DNA of 64,000 nucleotides from Euzebyales bacterium (GTDB taxonomy: Bacteria > Actinomycetota > Nitriliruptoria > Euzebyales > JAHELV01), in contig DATHVN010000036.1 in NCBI GenBank assembly GCA_035461305.1, forward strand, positions 9,977-73,976, read 5' to 3'. Both the position numbers and the translations under genes were made by a program. Position 1 is the stretch's first letter, and every line of letters begins with the position of its first letter. Below are positions 1-13,894 of this stretch, piece by piece. Under the pieces are notes generated by a model. It did not search any database and was not told the DNA's origin. It saw only the letters and a program-made list of their open reading frames with translations.

Positions 1-36
1 GGCGCGCTCGCGGACCTCGCGGTCCGAGGGATCGCA

Positions 37-369
37 GTGGCCCGCGTCGCGATCGGCGTCGGCGCGACGCTGTCACCACGCCTGGTCTCTCGGCTGCAGT
101 TCGGCACGACGTCCCCCGCGCAGACGATCACGGTGCGCATGCTCGGCGCCCGGGACCTCGCACTCGGGCTCGGCGCGCTGCTCGCCGCGCGCCACGGCTC
201 AAGCGGTCTGCGGGGCTGGGTCGAGGCCGGCGCGCTCGCCGACGGCGTCGACGCCCTGGCCATCCTCCGCGGCGGTCCCGCTGCCTCACGCCGCCGTGGC
301 CTGACGGTCCTCGTTGCCGGTGGTTCCGCCGCTGTCAGCGTCTGGGCAGCCCGCATCCTGGCCGATTGA
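37..369 (+). CDS. Hypothetical small Gly/Ala/Leu-rich protein. The frame stays open back to position 1, so the gene may start upstream of the window.
   Basis: 110-aa ORF in the track with hydrophobic G/A/L stretches. No recognisable catalytic motif. Confidence 0.3.
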   Translation: MARVAIGVGATLSPRLVSRLQFGTTSPAQTITVRMLGARDLALGLGALLAARHGSSGLRGWVEAGALADGVDALAILRGGPAASRRRGLTVLVAGGSAAVSVWAARILAD

Positions 370-410
370 CCCATCGGGAGCACCGGTCGGACTCCCCGCC
401 ACGGGCGGGG

Positions 411-2189
411 TCAGCGGGAGTACAGCTCGTCGATCGTCGCCGCGAAGTGGTCGGCGACGATCATGCGCCGCACCTTCAGTGTCGGCGTCAGCTCGCCGTC
501 CTCGATCGTGAAGTCACGCTCGAGGATCGCGGTCCTGCGTATCGACTCGGCGCGCGACACGACCGTGTTCGCCTCGGCCACCGCCCGGTCGACCTCGCCG
601 CGCACCTGCTCGGACTGCGCCGCCTCCTTCGCATCGCCCAGCCCCTGCTCGCGGGCGAAGGTCTCGAGCTCGTCGGGATCCAGCGTGATCAGCGCACCGA
701 CGAACGGCTTCTGGTCGCCGACGACCATGACCTGCGAGATCAACCGATGGGCCTTGAGCCGCTCCTCGAGGATCGCCGGCGCGACGTTCTTGCCTCCCGC
801 AGTGACGATGACCTCCTTCTTGCGTCCCGTGATCGTGACGAACCCGTCGTCGTTGATGGCGCCGAGGTCGCCCGTGTGGAACCAGCCGTCGTCGTCGAGG
901 ACCTCGGCGGTGGCCGCGTCGTTCTGCCAGTAGCCCTGGAACACGCCGGGACCGCGGATGAGCAGCTCACCGTCGGCGGCCACGCGGAACTCGGTGCCCG
1001 GCCACGGCTGGCCAACGGTGCCGATCTTGTTCCACTCGGGTGGGTTGACCGCCGACGCCGCCGTGGTCTCGGTCAGGCCGTACCCCTCGAGGATGTCCAC
1101 CCCGACGGCTTGGAAGAAGTGCGCGAGGTGCGGCGCGAGCGGGGCACCACCCGAGATGCAGTGGCGGATGCGGCCGCCGAGCGCCCCACGGAGCTTGGCG
1201 TAGACGAGACGGTCGAACACCGCCCGCTTGACGTTGGTGACCAGGCCGGGATCGTCGGACTCGGACCACTCGATGGCCGTCGCGACGGCGGCGTCGAAGA
1301 TCCTCGCCCTCGGCCCCTGGGCCTTGGCCTGCGCAGCGTTGAACACCTTCTCGAAGATGCGCGGCACGGCCAGGAGGAATGTCGGCCTGAAGGACTTCAG
1401 GTCGTCGGAAAGCGTCCGGACCGAACGCGCGAAGCCGAGGACGGTGCCGGCGTCGAGCAGAGCGAACTGGATCACACGGGCGAAGATGTGTGCGAGCGGG
1501 ATGAACAGCAACGTCGACGCGTCGTCCGGCAACAGCAGGCTGCTCAGGGCGAGCTGCGCCTGCCGGGCGGTCACCAGGAGGTTGGCATGGGTCAGGACGC
1601 AGCCCTTGGGGTTACCCGTCGTCCCGGACGTGTAGATGATCGACGCGACGGAATCGCCGGTGACGCCGGCCACCCGCTCGTCGACCGTCGACAGCTCGTC
1701 GGCGCCACGCGCCGCCAGCGCGTCCAGTCCCCCGTCGTCGATGACGAAGACCTCCGTCAGTGCGTCGGCGCGGTCCCGCACCGCCTCGAGCGTCCCGGCG
1801 TGCCCGGCGTCCGCGCAGATCGCGACCTTCGCACCGGAGTCCGACAGGATCCACGCACACTGGTCCGCGGCGCTCGTCTCGTAGATCGGGACGGTGACAG
1901 CGCCCGCGGCGAGGATGGCCAGGTCGGCGATCGTCCACTCGGCACGCGTCGGGCTCATCAGCGCGACGCGGTCGCCCGCACCGACGCCGAGCGCGATCAG
2001 CCCGGCGGCGATCCCACGCACGCGGTCGGCGAGCTCGCCCCACGCCAGCGGGTGCCACGCACCGTCGGCCCAGTAGCGCAGTGCCTCCTGGCCCGCCGAC
2101 CGCTCGGCGTGCTGCCACAGCCGCGTCGTCAGGTGGTGGTCGGCCGGTACCTCCAAGGGGGTGCGTCCCTTGCTGTGTGTCCGCGTCAT
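411..2189 (-). CDS. fadD: Long-chain fatty-acid-CoA ligase (AMP-dependent synthetase, FadD15-like)
   Basis: Contains the AMP-binding motifs 'IIYTSGTTGNPKG', 'GWFHTGDLG' and 'GRKKEVIVTAGGKNV'. I trimmed the 677-aa track ORF to the internal ATG at 2189 ('MTRTHSKGR...'). The discarded 85 aa are Arg-rich and overlap the divergent hemQ promoter region. Confidence 0.88.
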   Translation of the reverse strand: MTRTHSKGRTPLEVPADHHLTTRLWQHAERSAGQEALRYWADGAWHPLAWGELADRVRGIAAGLIALGVGAGDRVALMSPTRAEWTIADLAILAAGAVTVPIYETSAADQCAWILSDSGAKVAICADAGHAGTLEAVRDRADALTEVFVIDDGGLDALAARGADELSTVDERVAGVTGDSVASIIYTSGTTGNPKGCVLTHANLLVTARQAQLALSSLLLPDDASTLLFIPLAHIFARVIQFALLDAGTVLGFARSVRTLSDDLKSFRPTFLLAVPRIFEKVFNAAQAKAQGPRARIFDAAVATAIEWSESDDPGLVTNVKRAVFDRLVYAKLRGALGGRIRHCISGGAPLAPHLAHFFQAVGVDILEGYGLTETTAASAVNPPEWNKIGTVGQPWPGTEFRVAADGELLIRGPGVFQGYWQNDAATAEVLDDDGWFHTGDLGAINDDGFVTITGRKKEVIVTAGGKNVAPAILEERLKAHRLISQVMVVGDQKPFVGALITLDPDELETFAREQGLGDAKEAAQSEQVRGEVDRAVAEANTVVSRAESIRRTAILERDFTIEDGELTPTLKVRRMIVADHFAATIDELYSR

Positions 2190-2344
2190 CGGCTCGCTTT
2201 CTGCTCCATCGATGGCAGTCTGACGGTGAGATCCTCCGAGACGATTATGGTCTACCCGTCGGAGCGCCGCGAGGACCAACCACGATCCACGGACGTCCGC
2301 CGCGTGATTAAGCTTCAGGGCCGACGCGACAGAAGGAACCGTCA

Positions 2345-3151
2345 GTGGCGACCGAGCCCGTGATCCCGTCCGAGGGACGTGCCGTCCTGCACCTGTTTTT
2401 CCACGTGCGTCACGAGCTGACCGACGGCGCCGGAGGCGCAGCACGGGACTTCGCCGCTCGCGTCGACGCCTTCGACCAGCGCGAGGGCTGCCAGGTGCTG
2501 GCGTTCAGCGTGCTGGGCCAGAAGGCCGACATCGGGCTGATGGCCCTCGGCCCCGACCTCACCGAGCTCGACCGCTTCTCGGTCGACCTTGCGAGCTCGC
2601 CGCTCGGCCAGGTGCTCGTGCCGGCGGCGTCCTACCTGTCGCTGACCGAGACCAGCGAGTACACGTCGACCGAGGACGACGAGGCCGCCCGCCTCGTCGA
2701 GGAGGAGGGGCTCGTGGCGGGCTCCGAGGCGTACGAGACGGCACTGGCCGCGTTCCGCGAGCGGATGGCCACCTACGCACGCCACAAGCTCACTCCGCAG
2801 CTGCCCCACCGGAGAGTCATCAGCTTCTACCCGATGAGCAAGCGACGCGACCCCGACGCCAACTGGTACGCGCTGGACTTCGCCGCCCGCAAGGCGCTGA
2901 TGGTCGGTCACGCCGACGTCGGACGCAGCTACCGCGGGCGCGTCCTGCAGCTCATCACCGGATCGGTCGGCCTGGACGACTGGGAGTGGGGTGTGACGCT
3001 GTTGGCCGACGACCCGGCTGCGATCAAGCGGATCGTCTACGACATGCGCTTCGACGAGGTCAGCGCACACTACGCCGAATTCGGCCCGTTCGTGACCGGG
3101 CTCGTGATGTCACCGATGGACCTGATGCACCACCTGCGGCTCACCGGCTGA
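2345..3151 (+). CDS. hemQ: Chlorite-dismutase-family coproheme decarboxylase (HemQ/ChdC)
   Basis: 268 aa with a typical actinobacterial HemQ pattern: 'AVLHLFF', 'SYLSLTETSEY', 'VISFYPMSKRR', 'NWYALDF', 'RKALMVGHADVGRSYRG', 'DDWEWGVTL'. GTG start. Confidence 0.85.
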   Translation: MATEPVIPSEGRAVLHLFFHVRHELTDGAGGAARDFAARVDAFDQREGCQVLAFSVLGQKADIGLMALGPDLTELDRFSVDLASSPLGQVLVPAASYLSLTETSEYTSTEDDEAARLVEEEGLVAGSEAYETALAAFRERMATYARHKLTPQLPHRRVISFYPMSKRRDPDANWYALDFAARKALMVGHADVGRSYRGRVLQLITGSVGLDDWEWGVTLLADDPAAIKRIVYDMRFDEVSAHYAEFGPFVTGLVMSPMDLMHHLRLTG

Positions 3152-3293
3152 CGCGATCGCAGGTCCGGGCCCGCCACGCGTCGGGGGCGGAGGACCTCGC
3201 CGGACGCCATGGGAAAGAAGAAGCGCCCCGGCCTGGCCGGGACGCTGCAGGCCCGGTGCGCGACCTGAGGCCGCGCCCGCGAGGCCCTGGTCT

Positions 3294-3323
3294 CGACGCC
3301 ACGACCGCGATGCCGTGGCGTCG
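3294..3323. terminator. Candidate factor-independent terminator hairpin between the convergent hemQ and hup genes
   Basis: Perfect 10-bp inverted repeat cgacgccacg/cgtggcgtcg (3294-3303 and 3314-3323) with a 10-nt loop, 16 nt beyond the hup stop. There is no U-tract, which is common in high-GC actinobacteria. Confidence 0.3.
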
Positions 3324-3338
3324 TCGACCGGGTCGGGG

Positions 3339-3614
3339 TCAGCCGTTGACGGCGTCCTTGAACGCCTTGCCCGCCTTGAACGCGGGGCTGTCCTGCGCCG
3401 GGATGTGCATCTCATCGCCGGTCTGGGGGTTGCGGCCAGTGCGTGCCTCCCGGTGCCGCCGCTCGAAGGTCCCGAAGCCGGTCAGGGTGACCTTGTCGCC
3501 GCGGGCGACGGTCTCGGTAATGGTCTCGAGCACCGCGTCCAGTGCCTCGGACATGCTGTTCTTTGCGATGTCGGCGCGATCGGCAGCTGCGTCGATCAGC
3601 TCTGCCTTGTTCAA
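3339..3614 (-). CDS. hup: Nucleoid-associated DNA-binding protein HU (short form, no Lys/Ala-rich tail)
   Basis: 91 aa starting 'MNKAELIDAAA...', with 'GFGTFERRHREARTGRNPQTGDEMHIPA' (HU beta-arm). TTG start at 3614 preceded by GAGGAG at a 6-nt spacing. Confidence 0.9.
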   Translation of the reverse strand: MNKAELIDAAADRADIAKNSMSEALDAVLETITETVARGDKVTLTGFGTFERRHREARTGRNPQTGDEMHIPAQDSPAFKAGKAFKDAVNG

Positions 3615-3805
3615 CGTTGACTCCTCGTGTGATGTTTGACAACCTCAGGGGGTGCGGAGGCCCGTTCGTCGCATGAACGGGCGACATGACGCGTACAGCA
3701 TCGCACCGCGACCCGCCTTCGCGGCCCCAACCTGCCCCGTCTGAGCCCGATGTGCAAGCATCCGCCTCAGGTTGTCGCCGTGGTGACCCGGCCGGCACCC
3801 GCCAC

Positions 3806-4165
3806 TCACCGGCCCTTGACCTGGTCGACGAAGCGCTGCCATGCCGCCGGATCGTCGCCCACGGACAGGTCGCTGCCACACCGAACGAGCGGCAGGCGGA
3901 GCAGCAGCGGCTGCTCCGCGAACTGGTCCAGCCAGGTGTCGATGCCCGCGGACAGGTATCCCAGACCAGCGTCACGGTACGCCGCCGACTCGCGGTCGAT
4001 CACGCCGTCGACGCCGAACCGCTCGACCCATTTCCGCAGTTCACCGGGGCTGGGAGCGCGCTTGCGCAGGTCGTTGTAGGCGACCTTGACGCCGCGCTCG
4101 GCGAAGTAGCGCTGCGCCTTGCGCGTCGTCCTGCTCTTGGGGTGTCCCAGCAGCTGTGGTTGCAT
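3806..4165 (-). CDS. ArsC/Spx/YffB-family protein. The N-terminal redox Cys position appears to be Ser.
   Basis: 119 aa with 'TRKAQRYFAERGV...DLRK...GELRKW' in the ArsC-family layout. The N-terminus reads 'HPKSRTTRKA' where the family usually has CxxC/CxxS. Confidence 0.65.
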   Translation of the reverse strand: MQPQLLGHPKSRTTRKAQRYFAERGVKVAYNDLRKRAPSPGELRKWVERFGVDGVIDRESAAYRDAGLGYLSAGIDTWLDQFAEQPLLLRLPLVRCGSDLSVGDDPAAWQRFVDQVKGR

Positions 4166-4346
4166 CAGGGCCCGGAGCGTAGCAAGGCGGCGACCGCAGC
4201 CACGGTGACCGGTGATCGGCGGTCATGCGCCCTCGGCCGGACCGGGCGCACACGCGTCGCGGACCACAGCGCGCGGGGCACCGGACCGCCCCGCGGGCGC
4301 GGTTCACCGCGAGCGCAGTACCGCTCGCACGATCGGCGGTCGCGGC

Positions 4347-8927
<4,581 letters not shown>

Positions 8928-9157
8928 GGTTCCCCTGTCCCGGCCCGTCCAGCGTCCGAAAGCAAAGCGACGGTGCTCATGCGCTGCTGTTCGCGTCGCA
9001 CGCCGGCACCGTCGCTCGAGCACGCAGTGTATCGACTCCGACCTCGACAGCGCGCCCGACCTGGAGATGCGTGAGCGCGCGGTGCCGCCGGAGCGCGACC
9101 GACCTCCCTGCCGATGCGGGACCTTCCCGACGTGGGACGCCTCACCGGCGCCCGCAG

Positions 9158-11074
9158 CTACGCGTCCGCGCCCGCGAACTGCGTGCGGTACAGGTCGGCG
9201 TACAGGCCCTCGGTCCGCACGAGCTCGGCGTGTGTGCCCTGCTGGATGACCCGCCCGTTGCCGACCACGAGGATCAGGTCCGCGCTGATGATCGTCGAGA
9301 GCCGGTGGGCGATCACGAGGGACGTCCGCCCGGCAAGGGCCGTGCGCAACGCCTTCTGGACTGCGGCCTCCGACTCACTGTCGAGGTGCGCCGTGGCCTC
9401 GTCGAGCACGATGACCGCCGGGTCCTTGAGCAGCACGCGCGCGATCGACACCCGCTGCTTCTCGCCGCCCGACAGGCGGTAGCCGCGCTCACCGACGACC
9501 GTCTCGTAGCCGTCGGGCAGGGCGGCGATCACGTCGTGGATCTGCGCGGCCCGGCACGCGGCCTCGATCTCGGCATCGGTGGCGTCCGGGGCGGCGTAGC
9601 GCAGGTTGACGCGGACGGAGTCATGGAACAGGTGTGGGTCCTGGCTGACGACCCCGACGGCGGCCCGCAGCGAAGACAACGTCAGGTCGCGCACGTCGTG
9701 GCCGTCGATGCGGACCACCCCGCCGGTCACGTCGTACAGCCGCGGTACGAGCGCCGTCAGCGTGGTCTTGCCCGCGCCCGACGGACCGACGAGCGCGACC
9801 GTCTGCCCCGGCCGGGCGGTGAAACTCACGTCGTGGAGCACCTCGGGGCCGGGCTCGGTGTCGAGCACCTGGCCCCAGCCCGCCTCCAGCGAGGCGAGCG
9901 AGCTGTCGGCGGCGGACGGGTAGGCGAACCGGACGTGGTCGAAGGTCACCGCACCTCGGGGGTCGCGCAGGTCCACGGCGTCGGGCCGGTCGGCGATCGG
10001 ATGCGGCAGGTCGAGGATCTCGAAGACGCGGTCGAAGCTGATAAGCGCCGTCAGTACGTCGACCGGCGCGTTGCTCAGCGCCGCCAGCGGCGAGTAGGCG
10101 GTGACCACCAGGGCGGCGAAGGCGACCACGTCGCCGACCGACATGCTGCCGGACAGCACGAACCGGCCACCGACCAGGTAGACCGCTGCGGTGCCCAGCG
10201 CACCGACAAGCGACATGGTCGCGAAGAACAGCCGTCCGACGACAGCGCTGCGCACACCAACGTCAGCGACCCGGACCGCGCTGTCGCCGAAGCGCTCGCT
10301 CTCGCGGTCGTACCGCCCGAACAGCTTGACCAGCGTCGCGCCGGCGACGTTGAAGCGCTCGGTCATGAGCGTGTTCATGTCGGCGTTGAGCTGCATCGAC
10401 TCGCGAGTCAGCGCCTGAAGCCTCCGACCCGCGAACCGGGCGGCGAACACGAACACCGGCAGCACCGACAGGACCAGCAGCGTCAGGCGCCACTCGAGCA
10501 CGAACATCGAGGTCAGCGCCACGGCGACCTGCACCGCATTGGCCGTCAGCGTGCCGAACGTGCCCGTCAGCGCGCGCTGCGCGCCGATCACGTCGTTGTT
10601 GAGCCGGCTGATCAGCGCGCCGGTCTGGGTCCGCGTGAAGAACGCCACAGGCATCCGCTGCACGTGCTCGTAGGCACGCTTGCGCATGTCGGCGATCAGC
10701 TGCTCCCCCAGCCACGCCGAGTAGTAGCGCTGGGCGATCGAGAATGCGACCGTCAGTAGCGCCAGCGCCACCAGGCCGAGCGCGTTGAGCGTCACCGTGC
10801 GGGCCGCGCCTGGCGGCACCACCCCACCCTGCACCTGGCTCAACGCGTCGACGATCTGCTTGATCAGCCATGGCGGGGCGACGACGAGCGCCGAGGCGAT
10901 GACGATGGTGAGAATCAGGGCCACGAGCTTGTCGCGGTGCGGCCGCGCAAACTCGCGCCAGACCCGCCCGACGAGGCCCTTCGGAAGCTTACGGTCGAGC
11001 TGGCCGTCCAGCCCCCGGCGCACGAGGCCGGTGTTGGGCATCAGCCCCCGGCCACCGCCGAGGCGCGCGCTCAC
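9158..11074 (-). CDS. ABC exporter, fused permease/ATPase half-transporter (MsbA/MDR-like)
   Basis: 638 aa with an N-terminal 6-TM domain, Walker A 'GPSGAGKTT', signature 'LSGGEKQR' and Walker B 'VIVLDEAT'. Confidence 0.9.
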   Translation of the reverse strand: MSARLGGGRGLMPNTGLVRRGLDGQLDRKLPKGLVGRVWREFARPHRDKLVALILTIVIASALVVAPPWLIKQIVDALSQVQGGVVPPGAARTVTLNALGLVALALLTVAFSIAQRYYSAWLGEQLIADMRKRAYEHVQRMPVAFFTRTQTGALISRLNNDVIGAQRALTGTFGTLTANAVQVAVALTSMFVLEWRLTLLVLSVLPVFVFAARFAGRRLQALTRESMQLNADMNTLMTERFNVAGATLVKLFGRYDRESERFGDSAVRVADVGVRSAVVGRLFFATMSLVGALGTAAVYLVGGRFVLSGSMSVGDVVAFAALVVTAYSPLAALSNAPVDVLTALISFDRVFEILDLPHPIADRPDAVDLRDPRGAVTFDHVRFAYPSAADSSLASLEAGWGQVLDTEPGPEVLHDVSFTARPGQTVALVGPSGAGKTTLTALVPRLYDVTGGVVRIDGHDVRDLTLSSLRAAVGVVSQDPHLFHDSVRVNLRYAAPDATDAEIEAACRAAQIHDVIAALPDGYETVVGERGYRLSGGEKQRVSIARVLLKDPAVIVLDEATAHLDSESEAAVQKALRTALAGRTSLVIAHRLSTIISADLILVVGNGRVIQQGTHAELVRTEGLYADLYRTQFAGADA

Positions 11075-11182
11075 GCTGGCGCCTCCCGGGCGCCGACCGC
11101 TGGGACCGCGTGTGATCTGGTGCTCACGTCACGGTCAACGCTAGCCGCGCCGGTCCCCGGCGGAGCACCGCACCCACCGCTC

Positions 11183-11404
11183 CTGGGGACGCGCCCCAAC
11201 ACCGAGCCGCCGCAACGTCCCACACCACGACACGCCCACCATCTGGAGACGCGCCCCAACACCGAGCCGCCGCAACGTCCCCACACCACGACACGCCCAC
11301 CATCTGGGGACGCGCCCCAACACCGAGCCGCCGCAACGTCCCCACACCACGACACGCCCACCATCTGGGGACGCGCCCCAACACCGAGCCGCCGCAACGT
11401 CCCC
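11183..11404. repeat. Intergenic tandem repeat, about 3.6 copies of a 60/61-bp unit
   Basis: The unit ctggggacgcgccccaacaccgagccgccgcaacgtccccacaccacgacacgcccaccat starts at 11183, 11243, 11304 and 11365 (last copy partial). The only differences are one G>A and one 1-nt length change. Each unit contains the 7-bp inverted repeat GGGGACG...CGTCCCC. Confidence 0.9.
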
Positions 11405-11416
11405 AGAGCGATCGGG

Positions 11417-13336
11417 TCACGAGGCGTCGTCGACCTGCACGACGAGATTCTCCCAGCGGCGCTCCGCGCCCGCGACACGGTCGGAGACGACGGCGTGCTC
11501 CATGGTCAGCTCCCGACCCGCCTCGGGGTCCTCGTAAGTCGTCGGGTCGGAGAGCGCGGCCTCGAGCTCGGCGAGCCGCTGCTCGACCTGCTCGAGCTCC
11601 GCCTCGGCGCGGGCCAGCTCGTCGCGCAGCCCCTGGGTACGCCGCCGCTGCTCCGCCGCGTCGCGGCGCTGCTGCCTACGGTCGACCGGACGGCGCTCCG
11701 AGGCCGACGGCGCGACTGTCGTGTCGTCGGCGCCGTCGTCGCGCTGCCCCGCGAGGTGGGCGTCGAGGTCGTCCTCGGACAGCGCCGCCGTGCCGCCGCC
11801 GACGGCGCAGATGCCGTCGGCGACCTCCCGGATCAGCGCCCGATCGTGGGTGACGAGCAGCACCGTCCCGGCGTAGGCGTCGAGGGCGGAGGTCAGCAGC
11901 TCCCGGCTTGCCAGGTCGAGGTGGTTGGTGGGCTCGTCGAGGCACAGCAGGTTCGCCGGCCCGACCACGAGCTTCGCGAGCGCCAGACGCGCACGTTCTC
12001 CGCCGCTGCACTGGCCGACTCGCTTCTCGACCGCGTCGCCGGGGAAGCCGAACGCGCCGAGCACCGAACGCGGGTTGGTCGCGCGGTCGTGCAACACCGA
12101 GTCGAGCTCGGCCAGGACGGTGCGGTCGAGGTCCAGCGCGTCGGCGTGGTGCTGCGCGACGTATGCGGCCGTGACGTTGTGACCTAGCCGGCACGTGCCG
12201 CCGTCCGGATCCTCGACGCCGGCGACGATGCGCAACAGCGTGGACTTTCCGGCACCGTTGGGCCCGAGGACCGCGATCGTCCGCCCCCGTTCCACGACCA
12301 GGTCGAGCCCGTCGAACACCGTCGTGTCGCTGTAGGCCTTGCGGACGCCGTCGAGCACAACGACGTCACGCCCGGACCTGGGCGGCGTCGGCAGCGACAG
12401 CTTCACGCGCAGTCCGGTCGGTCGCCTGACCTCCACCCGCTCGAGCTTCTCCAGCGCCTTGACACGGCTCTGTACCTGCCGCGCCTTCGTGGCCTTCGCA
12501 CGGAACCGTTCGATGAACGCCTCGGTCTGGGCGATCTGCCTGGCCTGCGTCGCAGCGGCCGCCTCGATCCTGGAGCGCTCGGCGTCGCGCTCCTCCACCC
12601 AGATGCTGTACATGCCGCTTCGGAACCGCCACCCACCGGCGCCGTCGAGCTCAAGGATGTGCGTGGCGATCTCGTCGAGGAACCAGCGGTCGTGGCTGAC
12701 GGCGACCACGGCACCGCGGTAGCCGGCGACGTACCCGGCGAGCCAGTCGGCGGCCGCGAAGTCGAGGTGGTTGGTGGGCTCGTCGAGGAGCAGCACGTCG
12801 GGGGTTCGCAGCAGCAGTCGTGCCAGCGCCACGCGCATCATCCACCCGCCCGACAGCGTGGCGATGTCGGCCGACATCGCATCGTCTTCGAAGCCGAGCC
12901 CCGCGAGCACCTTGCGGGCGCGGGCCTCGACGCTGTAGCCGGCCGCGATGGCGAACCGGTCCTGCAGTGTGCCGTAGCGCCGCAGCAGCACCTCCCGCTC
13001 GTCGTCCGCCGATGCGGCGATGCGGTGCTCGAGGTCGCGCAGGTCGCGCTCCCCCTCGACGACATCGGCCGCGGCATCGAGGACCGCGTCGAGCACGCGA
13101 CGGTCACGAATGACCGTGACGTCCTGCCGCGCGTGGCCGACGGTCACGCCACCGGCGCGTGTGACCGTCCCGGCGTCGGGCGCCTCGTCGCCGGCGAGCA
13201 GCTCGAGCAGGGTCGTCTTGCCCGACCCGTTGGCTCCGATGACGCCCACGCGCATGCCAGGGATCACCTGGAGGTCCAGGTCGCGGAGCACGACGTGGGA
13301 GCCGTGCGCTCTGGTCAGTCGATTGGCAGCGAGCAC
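11417..13336 (-). CDS. ABC-F family ATPase (tandem ABC domains, no TMD; Uup/EttA-like translation factor class)
   Basis: 639 aa with two Walker A motifs ('GANGSGKTT', 'GPNGAGKST'), two signatures ('LSGGWMMR', 'CSGGERAR') and a coiled-coil C-terminal tail. GTG start. Confidence 0.9.
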   Translation of the reverse strand: MLAANRLTRAHGSHVVLRDLDLQVIPGMRVGVIGANGSGKTTLLELLAGDEAPDAGTVTRAGGVTVGHARQDVTVIRDRRVLDAVLDAAADVVEGERDLRDLEHRIAASADDEREVLLRRYGTLQDRFAIAAGYSVEARARKVLAGLGFEDDAMSADIATLSGGWMMRVALARLLLRTPDVLLLDEPTNHLDFAAADWLAGYVAGYRGAVVAVSHDRWFLDEIATHILELDGAGGWRFRSGMYSIWVEERDAERSRIEAAAATQARQIAQTEAFIERFRAKATKARQVQSRVKALEKLERVEVRRPTGLRVKLSLPTPPRSGRDVVVLDGVRKAYSDTTVFDGLDLVVERGRTIAVLGPNGAGKSTLLRIVAGVEDPDGGTCRLGHNVTAAYVAQHHADALDLDRTVLAELDSVLHDRATNPRSVLGAFGFPGDAVEKRVGQCSGGERARLALAKLVVGPANLLCLDEPTNHLDLASRELLTSALDAYAGTVLLVTHDRALIREVADGICAVGGGTAALSEDDLDAHLAGQRDDGADDTTVAPSASERRPVDRRQQRRDAAEQRRRTQGLRDELARAEAELEQVEQRLAELEAALSDPTTYEDPEAGRELTMEHAVVSDRVAGAERRWENLVVQVDDAS

Positions 13337-13407
13337 GTGAGCAGCCTAGTCAGATGCGTCGTCACCCGAGCACGCGGCCGGCACGCGCGACTATAGGCTG
13401 CTGGCCC

Positions 13408-13800
13408 ATGGATCTGACGACACCCCACTTCTGGATGGGCTTCGCCCTCGTCTCGGTGTGGGCGATCGTCAGCGGCTGGTCGTTCGCTCTGCGCATGCTG
13501 CGGTATGACGAGACGCCCACGTTCTGGCGCGCCGTGTCGGTCGCGCAGGTGCTGCTGGTCGTCCAGCTCGTCATCGGTCTCGTGTTGCTGGTCCTCGGCG
13601 GACGGCCCGGCGACGGGTCGCTGTTCAACTACGTCTTCCACCCGCTCTACGGGATCGTGTTCCCACTACTGACCCTGTTCTTCGCCCACAAGTGGGCGCG
13701 CGAGGGCCGGTACCATCCGCACGTGGTGTTCGGAGTCGGCGGGCTCGTGATCTTCGGCCTGACGGCACGCGCGATGATGGTCGGACTCGGGATCGGTTGA
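13408..13800 (+). CDS. Hypothetical integral membrane protein (about 4 TM)
   Basis: Track ORF 13354-13800 trimmed to the ATG at 13408 ('MDLTTPHFWMGFALVSVWAIV...'). It has four hydrophobic helices and no known motif. Confidence 0.5.
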   Translation: MDLTTPHFWMGFALVSVWAIVSGWSFALRMLRYDETPTFWRAVSVAQVLLVVQLVIGLVLLVLGGRPGDGSLFNYVFHPLYGIVFPLLTLFFAHKWAREGRYHPHVVFGVGGLVIFGLTARAMMVGLGIG

Positions 13801-13894
13801 CGAACAACTCGGATGCCGATGAGGCAGACTGGGCAGCGGACATCTACAAGACTCGCACGGACGGTGCGATCATCGCGATCGCGACGAAGGGTAC

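Noticed and set aside
366-2363. Very long ORFs antisense to or overlapping real genes (for example 366-2363+, 4827-7304+, 6106-7752-, 9071-10759+, 20819-22006-, 24775-26640-, 29737-30828-, 44851-46095-, 54680-57550+)
   Set aside because: Their translations are Arg/Pro/Gly/Ala-rich and low-complexity with no motifs. Each lies opposite or out of frame to a gene with strong family signatures. This is the usual stop-codon-poor artefact of ~70% GC DNA.
3637-3780. Long-range inverted repeat (gacaacctcag at ~3638 / ctcaggttgtc at ~3769) flanking the hup promoter region as a regulatory element
   Set aside because: Only about 10 of 11 positions match and the arms are about 120 nt apart. This is plausible by chance, and I could not support a function.
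11183-11404. Considered a CRISPR array because of regularly spaced ~60-bp identical units
   Set aside because: The whole period is repeated with no unique spacers between repeats. There are only about 3.6 copies and no cas genes in the window. It is a plain tandem repeat.
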